A DNA stretch of 64,000 bases from Dehalococcoidia bacterium (GTDB taxonomy: Bacteria; Chloroflexota; Dehalococcoidia; Lucifugimonadales; Australimonadaceae): the NCBI GenBank assembly GCA_965243745.1, contig CBDEVR010000002.1, positions 327,263-391,262 on the forward strand. The letters are read 5' to 3'. The translations under genes were made by a program, and so were the position numbers. Positions 45,886 to 54,780 of this stretch are shown piece by piece. A model generated the notes under the pieces. The model made no database searches, had not been told where the DNA came from, and saw only the letters and a program-made list of their open reading frames with translations. Every line of letters begins with the position of its first letter. Positions within the stretch are counted from its first letter, which is position 1.

Positions 45886-46827
45886 TCACGCCCCCAGTGG
45901 CACGAGCTTCCGGTGGAAGGGTTGCACGATGGCCTCGGCCTGCAGCCGCATCTGCTCCAGCATCTCGTCCGCGCCACATGCAGGGTTGAACACGAACTTG
46001 GAAGCGCCCGCGTCTATGTACTCGCGCAGCCGCGACATGATCTGATCCGGCGTGCCGAGCAGGTTCAACTGCTCCGGGGGCACATCGGAGCGACGCCGCA
46101 GCAGGTAGCGCTCCTTGATGCGGTCAGGAACCGCGCCGCTCTCCACCAGGTAGCTGTTGATCTGCAGGCCGAAGTGATCATCCTCTATGTGATTTCCGGC
46201 CTCCGCGGCGTACTCCTTGATGCGCGCGATGCCCGCCGCGACCTCCTCTGGCGTTATCTGCGTCGGCAACCAGCCGTCGCCCAGCCTGCCCGTGCGGCGC
46301 AGTCCGGCCTCGGAGCGGCTACCCATCCATATCGGCACGCTCGCCTGCTTCGGGCGCACCCCTATCGTCGCGTCCGTCAGCTTGATGAACTCGCTCTCGT
46401 AGGTGACGCGTTCCTCCGTCCACAGACGCCGCATGAGCACGATGGCCTCGTCAAGCCGCCTGCCGCGGTCGCGCTTGCGAACGCCCATCGCCTCGTACTC
46501 CGCGGGCGACTCCTGTCCGACGCCGACACCCAGCACGAGGCGTCCGTTGGAGAGCAGGTCTATCGTCGCGAGCTCGCGGGCGGCGGTGACCGGGCTGCGC
46601 ATGGACATCAGCAGCACGCCGGTGCCGAACTTCAGCTTCTCGCTGCGTCCGGTGACGATGGCCATCCCCGCGATGGGGTCCATCCGCCATGCGGGCCCGA
46701 CGATGCGGTCCGAGAACCAGATGGAGTCCCAGTCCAGCTCCTCGGCTGCGTCGACGTAGCGCAGGAACGTCTCGCGCCCCTCGCGAGCCATCACCGAGGC
46801 CCCGGCCAGCCCTATCTTCACCGACAT
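45886..46827 (-). CDS. LLM-class F420-dependent oxidoreductase
   Basis: MSVKIGLAG...ELDWDSIWFSDR...LVLGVGVG... ATG 46825-46827 follows GGAGG; the track ORF is longer. Confidence 0.8.
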   Translation of the reverse strand: MSVKIGLAGASVMAREGRETFLRYVDAAEELDWDSIWFSDRIVGPAWRMDPIAGMAIVTGRSEKLKFGTGVLLMSMRSPVTAARELATIDLLSNGRLVLGVGVGQESPAEYEAMGVRKRDRGRRLDEAIVLMRRLWTEERVTYESEFIKLTDATIGVRPKQASVPIWMGSRSEAGLRRTGRLGDGWLPTQITPEEVAAGIARIKEYAAEAGNHIEDDHFGLQINSYLVESGAVPDRIKERYLLRRRSDVPPEQLNLLGTPDQIMSRLREYIDAGASKFVFNPACGADEMLEQMRLQAEAIVQPFHRKLVPLGA

Positions 46828-46923
46828 GCGAACCTCCGCCTGCAAGTGTCCGGACACAACTGCGCATCCGCACTCACGCGATTCTACCAGCGGCAAGCCT
46901 TGCGGTTGCTCCTCTTGCAACCG

Positions 46924-47064
46924 ATCAAGGTGGCCAACCCGCCCGTTATCTGGCCACCTTGATGCCTTAGCTGCGAGTAAACCGGCTGCTCGATCTGGCC
47001 ACCTTGGCCACCTTGATACGGGCGTCCGCAAGGCCACGGCCTACCTTCTGCATCAAGGTGTCCA
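46924..47064. repeat. Cluster of 13-nt inverted repeats (ATCAAGGTGGCCA / TGGCCACCTTGAT)
   Basis: Forward arm at 46924-46936 and 47052-47064 (one mismatch). Reverse arm at 46951-46963 and 47005-47017, with a partial overlapping extra copy at 46996-47006. This gives two hairpin or operator pairs upstream of the LLM gene. Confidence 0.7.
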
Positions 47065-47590
47065 AGATGGCCAAAGATTTCGAAAGTTTCCGCCGCAGCC
47101 ATAGACGCCGTTGATGGCTGAGCCTGTGAGGCATAGACACGGTCTATAGGTGCTGCCGGTGCGACGGCCATGCAACCAGCGTAGCCCACGAGCACCTAAC
47201 AGGTAAGGGGCAGATGTCACATGTCGCCGGGGCATCCGGGCGCCGTAGCAGCCTGCCTTCCTTAAACGAAGCGCCCCGGCTCCATCAGGAGCCGAGGCAC
47301 CCGTCCTTTCCCCATGTCAGCACCGCCGAAGCGAAGCCTCCACGAGGTGCACCCTGCCGCGCCTCCCGCAAGGACCCACCACTGAGGTCCCACGGGACAC
47401 CGCGGGGCGACCGACATCGACCGGTCGGTCCCTAGCGGCGAGCAGCGGGTGACGCAGCAGTGCTAGGTAATGATGTATGCACTACGGATCACCCCCTTTC
47501 TGCGGCCTATCGCCGCACGCGCCATGTTAGAGGGCGTATCTCCGATTGCCAAGCCCATCGCTTGCGATTTTGGGCCGATATGCGCGCGCC

Positions 47591-48106
47591 TTACCCGTCC
47601 TCTTTCGCCCACGCGACTACCTCCGCATGCGGGCCGCGCACCGCTCGTGCCAGCATCCCCCGCCTCGGGCCGCACGCCCTGCAGTAGAGGCCGCGCAGCA
47701 CGCGGAAGCGGACGAACCGAAGGCCGCAGCCGGGGCACTCCAGGCCGCTTGCCATGCGACGCGGAGACGACTCCGGCGCGAGCGATGGACCGCTGTGCGC
47801 GGTCGCGCGCGGGTCCGTGCCCAGCTTCACCGCCCACGCCTTCCACCGGGCGCCGTGCGGACGCCGACCCCCCATGGCCGCGACGTGCGCCAGCTCGTGC
47901 CGCAGCGTCGCTTGCGCCTGTTCGTGGTCGAGCCACGCCGAGAGCCGGATGAGCCGCCGTCCGTACGCCTTGCCGAGCACGCGCCGCAGGCGCTGTGACC
48001 ACTCCAGCGCCGGCTGCGGGGATATGCCGTGCTCCTCGCACAACGCCGCCAGCAGGCGCTCCACGGAGGCGCGTTCGAGCGGCGAGATGGGGCGCGGCTC
48101 GCTCAC
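47591..48106 (-). CDS. SprT-like zinc metalloprotease domain protein with C-terminal zinc ribbon
   Basis: RHELAHV...HGARWKAWAVKLG (HExxH SprT pattern) and CPGCG...CRACG. The GTG start overlaps the nth stop (GTGA). Confidence 0.7.
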   Translation of the reverse strand: MSEPRPISPLERASVERLLAALCEEHGISPQPALEWSQRLRRVLGKAYGRRLIRLSAWLDHEQAQATLRHELAHVAAMGGRRPHGARWKAWAVKLGTDPRATAHSGPSLAPESSPRRMASGLECPGCGLRFVRFRVLRGLYCRACGPRRGMLARAVRGPHAEVVAWAKEDG

Positions 48107-48873
48107 AGCGGCTTGTGGTTCAACGTCGCGGTCGGCACGCGCGGGTCGTCTCCGCGGAGGTGGCGCGGACGGTCCGGGCAGCGCTCGCCCAGCGGACAGG
48201 CGTGGCAGAGCGGACGCTGGGCCTTGCACACGCGGCGCCCGTGCGTGATGAGGTAGACGTGCAGGTTCAGCACGCGCTCCGGCGCGATGGCCTGCTCCAG
48301 CACGTCGTGCGCCTCGTCCGCCGTCACCTTCGGCCCGATGAGGGCGAGCCGCTTCGAGACGCGATAGATGTGCGTATCGACCGCCATCGCCGGTTGGCCC
48401 ATCGAGAACGACAGCACGACCCCCGCCGTCTTCGGGCCGACGCCCGGCATGGCGCGCAGCCAGGCCTTGGCCTCCTCCAGCGGCATGCGCTCCAGGAAAG
48501 AGATATCGAACCCGCCGGTGCGTTCGCGTACGGAGCCGAGCGCCTGCTGGATGCGCGGCGCCTTCTGATTGGCAAGCCCGCCGCTCCGGATCGTCTCAGC
48601 CAGGTCCGCCTCCGGCGCTTGCAGCACGTCCTCCCACGTCTCGTAGCGGTCGGAGAGTGCGGCGAACGCGCGCTCCGCGTTCACGTCGGACGTGTGCTGC
48701 GACAGGATCGTCCATACGAGTTCGGACATGCCGTCGAGCCGCTGGCGGCGCGTCGGAACGCCGTAGTAGTCCTCCAGCAGGTCGTACACCTCGTCCGGCG
48801 TGTACGGCTTCACGCCGCGCACGCTGCGCGGGCGCAGCACCTTGCGGCGGGTCCTGCGCGGCGCGCTCGTCAT
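48103..48873 (-). CDS. nth: Endonuclease III (DNA glycosylase/AP lyase)
   Basis: HhH-GPD region LRAMPGVGPKTAGVVL...AVDTHIYRV and the Fe-S cluster CKAQRPLCHACPLGERC. Confidence 0.85.
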   Translation of the reverse strand: MTSAPRRTRRKVLRPRSVRGVKPYTPDEVYDLLEDYYGVPTRRQRLDGMSELVWTILSQHTSDVNAERAFAALSDRYETWEDVLQAPEADLAETIRSGGLANQKAPRIQQALGSVRERTGGFDISFLERMPLEEAKAWLRAMPGVGPKTAGVVLSFSMGQPAMAVDTHIYRVSKRLALIGPKVTADEAHDVLEQAIAPERVLNLHVYLITHGRRVCKAQRPLCHACPLGERCPDRPRHLRGDDPRVPTATLNHKPL

Positions 48874-49487
48874 TCGATCCCCGCCAAGTGCGCCGCGTCG
48901 TTGTGGCTGACGATGCGGAGCACCGTGCCGTCCTCCACATGCAGCTCCGTTACCGACGCGTACGACGTCTTGATCCACTCCTCGCGGTGCGACGAGTCCG
49001 GCAGCCCATGCGCGATGGAGACCGCCATCCGCACCGGCGAGTCGTGCGTTGCGGCGAAGACCATGCCCTCCGGATGCGCCACCGCCACGTCGCTGATGAA
49101 GCGTTCCATGCGTTGCCGCAGCGCCGCGAGGCTCTCGCCGCCGTCGAACGTGACGGTGTGCGGCTCGGTGCGCCAGCGGTGGAGGAGGTCCGGGTCCTCC
49201 CGCATCACGTCGGTCACGAGCGCGCCCGCGTACCGTCCGTAGTCGAGGTCGCGTAGCAGGCGTCGACGGCGCACGGTCAGGCCGAGCGCGTCGGCGAGCG
49301 GCTGCGCGGTCTGGCGGGCGCGCCACGCGGGCGAGGCGTAGACGGCGGCGATGGGTTCCGCTGAGAGGCGCTGTGTGAGTGCAGCGACCTGCGCCCTGCC
49401 CACCCCGTCCAGCCCGCCGCCGCCCTGAACGCGCCCCTGCACGTTCCAGGAGGTGCGGCCATGACGCGCAAGGATCAGGCGAAGCAT
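48870..49487 (-). CDS. Histidine phosphatase (phosphoglycerate mutase-like) family protein
   Basis: LILARHGRTSWN (RHG motif). Its stop overlaps the nth start (ATGA). Confidence 0.8.
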   Translation of the reverse strand: MLRLILARHGRTSWNVQGRVQGGGGLDGVGRAQVAALTQRLSAEPIAAVYASPAWRARQTAQPLADALGLTVRRRRLLRDLDYGRYAGALVTDVMREDPDLLHRWRTEPHTVTFDGGESLAALRQRMERFISDVAVAHPEGMVFAATHDSPVRMAVSIAHGLPDSSHREEWIKTSYASVTELHVEDGTVLRIVSHNDAAHLAGIE

Positions 49488-49525
49488 GGGGCAGATTCTA
49501 GCGCGGATGTGCCTTGCCCGCGCGC

Positions 49526-50047
49526 TCACCGTGGAATGAAGTCACGCACTCGAACACGTTCCCTGTGCGAGTCATGCACAGTGTCCCCGCCAAGCAACTC
49601 CACGGTCATACTGCCGTTGCCTTCTGGCTTGCACGTATAGAGCGTCACTTCTCGAGAATCGTAGGTGCGGTTCTCCCTGGAATCCGGATGGAACTCGCCT
49701 GCCCACTGGGTCTCCGAACAGTTCGGGTTGAACCCGATGATGTCCTCCGCGTTATCAGTAGATGTGTGGATCCGGATCCCGTACTCGACGGACGGGTCCA
49801 TGTTGGTAGCCATCACGGAGAACCTGTGCCTCCGGGACTTGAACGATTCCTCCACCCAGACAATGGATACCTCAGGTTCGTAGACATAGCCCGGAGGTAT
49901 GGGAGTAGCAGTGGGTATGGGCACGATATCGGAAGACCAGAACGAGAACCCGCCCTGCATCCAGCCCAAGACGCCCACCAGAAGAAATAGCCCCCCGACT
50001 GCCGCGGCAATGAAGCAAGCGACTTTCACCAGCCCTTCCATGTTCAC
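49526..50047 (-). CDS. Hypothetical N-terminally anchored/exported protein
   Basis: N-terminal TM (VACFIAAAVGGLFLLVGVLGW) followed by a soluble domain of about 130 aa with no recognised family. Confidence 0.5.
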   Translation of the reverse strand: MNMEGLVKVACFIAAAVGGLFLLVGVLGWMQGGFSFWSSDIVPIPTATPIPPGYVYEPEVSIVWVEESFKSRRHRFSVMATNMDPSVEYGIRIHTSTDNAEDIIGFNPNCSETQWAGEFHPDSRENRTYDSREVTLYTCKPEGNGSMTVELLGGDTVHDSHRERVRVRDFIPR

Positions 50048-50085
50048 TGCACAGCCTCTTGAGCAGGTTGCGGTAGAGCGTCAGG

Positions 50086-50718
50086 CTACTGGATGTACTC
50101 GCGTACGGCCTCGCCGTAGCGTTCGTCGAAGGCGTTGCGGAGGCGGTCGAAGAGCGCGCGGTACTCCGGGGAGTCGAGAGCGTCGGTGGTCATGATGACG
50201 GCGTCCTCGTGGTTGTCGGCGTAGTAGCGGCGACGGATGCCGGCCTCGTGGAAGCCGTACTTGGCGTAGAGCGCCTTGGCCGGCTCGTTGGAGATGCGCG
50301 CCTCCAGGGTGACGACCTGCGCGCCGCGCGCCATCCCCATCTCGATCGCGCCGATGACCAGCAACTCGCCGAGCCCACGCCTCCGGTATTCCTCGCGGAC
50401 GGCGATGGAGACGATGTGCGCCTCGCCGGCCATGTGCCACACGCCAAGGAACCCGCTGAGCAGCCGCCGCCGCTCCGCCGGCTCCGGCTTGTTGCGGCGG
50501 AAGAGACGGCGCAGTGCTCCGGGCTTCCGCTCCACGGTGCGGTACTCCCCCTCCCGCACGCAGACGAGGTACTCCGCGGTGCGGTTCCGCATCTCGCGTC
50601 GGTAGTTGGTGGGAGGCCAGAGGGTGGGGAAAGCCTCACGCTCCATCTCGGCGACCTGGTCAAGGTCGTCCCAGTCCATGGGGCGTAATGAGTAGGGGAG
50701 CACTGCTTCTCGGCGCAC
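50086..50718 (-). CDS. rimI: GNAT acetyltransferase, RimI-like (ribosomal-protein-alanine N-acetyltransferase)
   Basis: ...VAEMEREAFP..W...IAVREEYRRRGLGELL...LEARISNEPAKALYAKYGF. It has an insertion relative to typical RimI. Confidence 0.65.
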   Translation of the reverse strand: MRREAVLPYSLRPMDWDDLDQVAEMEREAFPTLWPPTNYRREMRNRTAEYLVCVREGEYRTVERKPGALRRLFRRNKPEPAERRRLLSGFLGVWHMAGEAHIVSIAVREEYRRRGLGELLVIGAIEMGMARGAQVVTLEARISNEPAKALYAKYGFHEAGIRRRYYADNHEDAVIMTTDALDSPEYRALFDRLRNAFDERYGEAVREYIQ

Positions 50719-50860
50719 GTCGTTGAACCGCCTGCGGGGAACGCCTCGATTCTAGCACCCGTAGCACGCGTCACGGCGCAACCGCATGGTCTTAACGAGT
50801 GATTAAGGGTGGCGTATACTGGTCAGGATTCGTACCCTCGCTGCCGGTCCCCGACCCTCG

Positions 50861-52654
50861 ATGCGAAGAACCCTCTGGCGCATAACGAAACTCGCCGCCC
50901 TCGAGAAGGGGCGGCTCATCATAGCCTGGGTATCGCTTATCACCGCGTCCGTGCTCTTCCTCTCGGTGCCACGGCTGGTGGGCAACGCCATAGACGCCGC
51001 GCTCGGGACCGGAGGCAGCGGGGCGGACACAGACGAACTGGTGCGGCTGGGGCTGCTCGTCATCGCCGTCATCGCCGCGCGGAGCGTCTTCAACTACGGC
51101 AACCTCTACATGGCGGAGGCCGTCTCCCAGCGGGTCGCCTACCGCATCCGCAATCTGCTGTACGACAAGCTCCAGCACCTCAGTTTCGCGTTCCACGACA
51201 AGGAGCACACCGGCAACCTCATGTCCAAGTCCACGGTGGACGTGGAGATGACGCGGATGTTCGTGAGCATGGGCCTGATCCGCGCCGGACAGATCGTCCT
51301 GTTCACCGCCGGTTCTGCGACGATGATGATGCTGACCGACGTGCGGCTCGCGCTCATCAGTCTGGCGTTCGCGCCCATCATCGCGGCGCGCGCCATCTGG
51401 GCGAGCAGGCGGATGCGCCACATGTGGCTCCAGACCCAGATAGAGATGGGCAAGCTCACCACCGTGCTGCAGGAGAACCTCTCCGGCCAGCGCGTGGTCA
51501 AGGCGTTCGGGGCCGAGGACCACGAGGAGCGGAAGTTCCAGGGCCAGAACCGTGAAGTGTTCAGCCGCACGTACGAGGTGCAGAAGGCGCAGTCGTTCAA
51601 CACCTCGCTCATGCAGATCGTCTTCTGGGGCGCCTCCGGCGTCATCCTCTGGTTCGGCGGCAGGGCCGTCATCGAGGGACGCATGACACCCGGCGAGTTG
51701 AGCGAGTTCTTCCTCTACATCAGCTTGCTCGTGCAGCCGATCCGCATGCTGGGCTTCCTCGTCAACACGTTCGCGCGGGCCGCATCCGCGGGCGAACGTG
51801 TATTCGCGGTGCTCGACGCCGATTCGCCGGTGCGCGATCTGCCGGAAGCGGCGCCCATCGGCGAGGTCCGTGGCCACGTGCGGTTCGAGGACGTGACGTT
51901 CCGCTACGCCCACCGCGATGCTGTGCGCGGCGTGTCGTTCGAGGCGGAGCCGGGGCAGGTGACCGCACTCATGGGCGCTCCGGGCTCCGGCAAGACGACG
52001 CTGATGAGCCTGCTCGCGCGCTTCTACGACCCGGACGGTGGCCGCATCACCATCGACGGCAAGGACATCCGCGAGTGCACGCTCCCCTCGCTCCGATCGG
52101 CCATCGGCATCGTCCAGCAGGATGTCTTCCTGTTCAGCGCGACCGTGGCGGAGAACATCGCCTACGGCCGCGAGGACGCGACGATGGACGAGATCGTCGC
52201 CGCGGCGAAGACGGCGCAGATACACGACGAGATCATGGCGCTGCCCGAAGGCTACGAGACGGTCATCGGCGAGCGGGGCGTCTCGCTCTCAGGCGGCCAG
52301 CGGCAGCGGCTCTCCATCGCGCGGACGCTGGCGCTCGACCCGCCCATCCTCGTCCTGGACGACTCGACCTCCAGCGTTGACGCAGGCACGGAGTCGGGCA
52401 TCCAGGACGCGATGGCCGCGGTAGTGAAGGACCGGACGACGTTCATCATCGCCCACCGGCTCTCCTCCATCCAGCACGCGCACCTCGTCATCGTGATGAA
52501 GGACGGCGAGATCGGCGAGATGGGGACGCCCGAGGAGCTGATCGCGTCCGGCGGGTTGTTCACCCACGTTACTGAACTCCAGTACGCGACGAGCCTGAAC
52601 GGCGTCGCCGCCCTGCGCACGAGCGCGCCCGCCCCGGGGAGAGCCGCGCCATGA
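50861..52654 (+). CDS. ABC exporter, fused TMD-NBD half-transporter (MsbA/MdlA-like)
   Basis: Six-TM domain, Walker A GAPGSGKTT, signature LSGGQRQR, Walker B ILVLDD. Confidence 0.85.
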   Translation: MRRTLWRITKLAALEKGRLIIAWVSLITASVLFLSVPRLVGNAIDAALGTGGSGADTDELVRLGLLVIAVIAARSVFNYGNLYMAEAVSQRVAYRIRNLLYDKLQHLSFAFHDKEHTGNLMSKSTVDVEMTRMFVSMGLIRAGQIVLFTAGSATMMMLTDVRLALISLAFAPIIAARAIWASRRMRHMWLQTQIEMGKLTTVLQENLSGQRVVKAFGAEDHEERKFQGQNREVFSRTYEVQKAQSFNTSLMQIVFWGASGVILWFGGRAVIEGRMTPGELSEFFLYISLLVQPIRMLGFLVNTFARAASAGERVFAVLDADSPVRDLPEAAPIGEVRGHVRFEDVTFRYAHRDAVRGVSFEAEPGQVTALMGAPGSGKTTLMSLLARFYDPDGGRITIDGKDIRECTLPSLRSAIGIVQQDVFLFSATVAENIAYGREDATMDEIVAAAKTAQIHDEIMALPEGYETVIGERGVSLSGGQRQRLSIARTLALDPPILVLDDSTSSVDAGTESGIQDAMAAVVKDRTTFIIAHRLSSIQHAHLVIVMKDGEIGEMGTPEELIASGGLFTHVTELQYATSLNGVAALRTSAPAPGRAAP

Positions 52655-54528
52655 TGATGAACACGGGCGGCGGTCACTGGGTGATGCGCGGCCAGCAGGG
52701 CGACATCGACGAGGACGGCACGAGGTTGTACGACCAGCGCGTCATCCTGCGCCTGCTCGCCTACGTCGCGCCCTACAAGTTCCCGGTCTTCCTCGCCATG
52801 ATGGCGGTGGTCGTCTACACCGGGGCGACGGTCGCGATACCGCTCATCATCGCCATCGGGATAGACCGCTACATCGAGGAGGGCAACGTCTCCGGCCTCA
52901 ACACGCTCGCGGCCTGGTTCGCCGTCGTCCTGGTGGTGCACTACGCCGCGAATTACGCGCACCAGGTGCTGCTGGCGCGCGTGAGCCAGCGCGTCATCTA
53001 CGACCTGCGGAACGACCTCTTCAAGCATCTGCAGGACCTGCCGATGTCGTTCCACAACCGGCACAAGGTCGGCTCCGTGATGTCCCGAGCCCAGAACGAC
53101 GTCTACCAGCTACAGGAATTCCTGGACATCGTAGTGCTGAGCATCGGCGACCTGCTGAGCCTCAGCGGCATCATCGCCTTCATGCTCGCCAGGGACTGGC
53201 AGCTCTCTCTGCTCTCGTTCGCCAGCCTGCCCGTCCTGCTCGTCATCATCTGGGTATGGCAGAAGCACGCGCGCCCCGCGTTCCTGCGCGTCCGGGTCGC
53301 CATCTCGCAGGTGAACGCGTCGCTCGCGGAAAACCTGGACGGCGTGCGCGTCGTGCAGAGCATGAACCGCCAGCGGACGAACCTGCGCTCGTTCGACGGG
53401 CTGAACGACTATCACCTGCAGACCAACCTCCGCGCGCAGCGGCTCGCCTCCTCGCTCATGCCGGTGGTGGAGATGTTCATGTCGTTCAGCCTCGCGGCGA
53501 CCATCATCTTCGGCGGCAGGCTCGTGCTCGGCGGAGCGATGGGCGCGGGGCAGCTCATCCAGTTCACGCTCTACATCCAGCGCTTCTACGACCCGATCCG
53601 CAGCCTGACGATGCAGTTCACACAGCTGCAGCGCGCGATGGCATCCGGCGCGCGCATCTTCGACCTGCTCGATATTGAGCCGGACCTCGTCGATGCGCCC
53701 GGCGCGGAACCGATACCGCAGATACAAGGCGCCGTCCGCTACGAGAACGTCTCGTTCGCGTACGAGCCGGGTAAGCTCGTGTTGATCGACGTCGACCTGG
53801 ACGTGCAGCCCGGCGAGACGATCGCGTTCGTCGGACGCACGGGGGCCGGAAAGACGACGATGGCTGCCCTGGTCTCCCGCTTCTACGACGTGGTCAACGG
53901 GCGCATCACGGTGGACGGCCATGACGTGCGGGACGTGACACGCGAGTCGCTCGCGAAGCAGATGGGCATCGTGCTGCAGGAACCGTTCCAGTTCTCCGGC
54001 ACCATCATGGAGAACATCCGCTACAACCACCCGGAGGCGAGCGACGAGAAGGTGTACGAGGCAGCGACGGCCGTGGGCCTGCACGACCACATCGCGAGCC
54101 TGCCGGACGGCTACGAAACGATGATGGAGGAGCGCGGCGGCAACATGAGCCTCGGCCAGCGCCAGCTGGTCAGCTTCGCCCGCGCGCTCGTCGCGGACCC
54201 GCGCATCATCGTGCTCGACGAGGCGACGGCGAGCGTCGACACGCAGACCGAGCAGCTGATACAGCAGGCGATAGGGAAGATGCTGCACGGGCGGACGGCC
54301 ATCGTCATCGCACACCGCCTCTCCACCATCCGCAACGCTGACAAGATCGTGGTGATGGAGAAGGGCCGCATCGTGGAGCTGGGCAACCACGACGAACTGG
54401 TCGCGCTCGGTGGGTTGTACGCGAAGCAGTACGAATTGCACGCGCGCCTCGCGGCGACGGGTGCGAAGCGGGACTACGCTCCCACCAACGAGTTCGACGA
54501 CGAGGTCCCCGGCCTCGCGCCTGCCTAA
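52651..54528 (+). CDS. ABC exporter, fused TMD-NBD half-transporter (partner of the preceding gene)
   Basis: Walker A GRTGAGKTT, signature LSLGQRQL, Walker B IIVLDE. It overlaps the upstream gene by 4 nt. Confidence 0.85.
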   Translation: MMMNTGGGHWVMRGQQGDIDEDGTRLYDQRVILRLLAYVAPYKFPVFLAMMAVVVYTGATVAIPLIIAIGIDRYIEEGNVSGLNTLAAWFAVVLVVHYAANYAHQVLLARVSQRVIYDLRNDLFKHLQDLPMSFHNRHKVGSVMSRAQNDVYQLQEFLDIVVLSIGDLLSLSGIIAFMLARDWQLSLLSFASLPVLLVIIWVWQKHARPAFLRVRVAISQVNASLAENLDGVRVVQSMNRQRTNLRSFDGLNDYHLQTNLRAQRLASSLMPVVEMFMSFSLAATIIFGGRLVLGGAMGAGQLIQFTLYIQRFYDPIRSLTMQFTQLQRAMASGARIFDLLDIEPDLVDAPGAEPIPQIQGAVRYENVSFAYEPGKLVLIDVDLDVQPGETIAFVGRTGAGKTTMAALVSRFYDVVNGRITVDGHDVRDVTRESLAKQMGIVLQEPFQFSGTIMENIRYNHPEASDEKVYEAATAVGLHDHIASLPDGYETMMEERGGNMSLGQRQLVSFARALVADPRIIVLDEATASVDTQTEQLIQQAIGKMLHGRTAIVIAHRLSTIRNADKIVVMEKGRIVELGNHDELVALGGLYAKQYELHARLAATGAKRDYAPTNEFDDEVPGLAPA

Positions 54529-54540
54529 CGTCCCCGGAGC

Positions 54541-54780
54541 ATGGAAACCACCAACTACTACGAACGGAGAGCACGCAGTAGGCATCCCGAACCGATTGAT
54601 GAGTGGGTAGAGAGGGTGTTAGCCAGCCCTTATCGCATTGAAGGATAGCCGGATGGCAGGGTGCGGTATTATGGGTTCATTGAAGAACAGGGCAAGTGGC
54701 TCAGGGTCATCCTGGTGGACGGCAAGCTGCATAACCGCTTCTTCGACAGAGGCAAGCTGAGAGAGTGGGGCAGGCTATGA
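54541..54780 (+). pseudogene. Small toxin-like ORF upstream of DUF2283, interrupted by an in-frame TAG
   Basis: A single frame reads METTNYYERRARSRHPEPIDEWVERVLASPYRIEG-TAG(54646-54648)-PDGRVRYYGFIEEQGKWLRVILVDGKLHNRFFDRGKLREWGRL*. Its TGA overlaps the next ATG (ATGA). Neither half is in the ORF track because both are under 60 aa. Confidence 0.55.

Noticed and set aside
47100-47460. RNase P RNA or SRP RNA on the minus strand, because of GGGGAAAGGACGGGUGCC and AAGGAAGGCAGGCUGC, which loosely resemble GAGGAAAGUCCGGGCUC and GGAAGGAAGCAGCC.
   Set aside because: The near-invariant cores (GGAAAGUCCGGGC; the GNRA-capped SRP helix 8 with GGAA tetraloop) are not matched. Other conserved RNase P blocks (GGUAAGAGCGCACC, ACAGAACCCGGCUUA) are absent.
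50861-54528. The ABC exporter pair as a type I secretion system for the giant cadherin-repeat protein.
   Set aside because: The giant protein has a classical N-terminal Sec signal peptide and no C-terminal RTX/T1SS signal. The exporters lie 9 kb away behind unrelated genes. No membrane-fusion or outer-membrane component is present.
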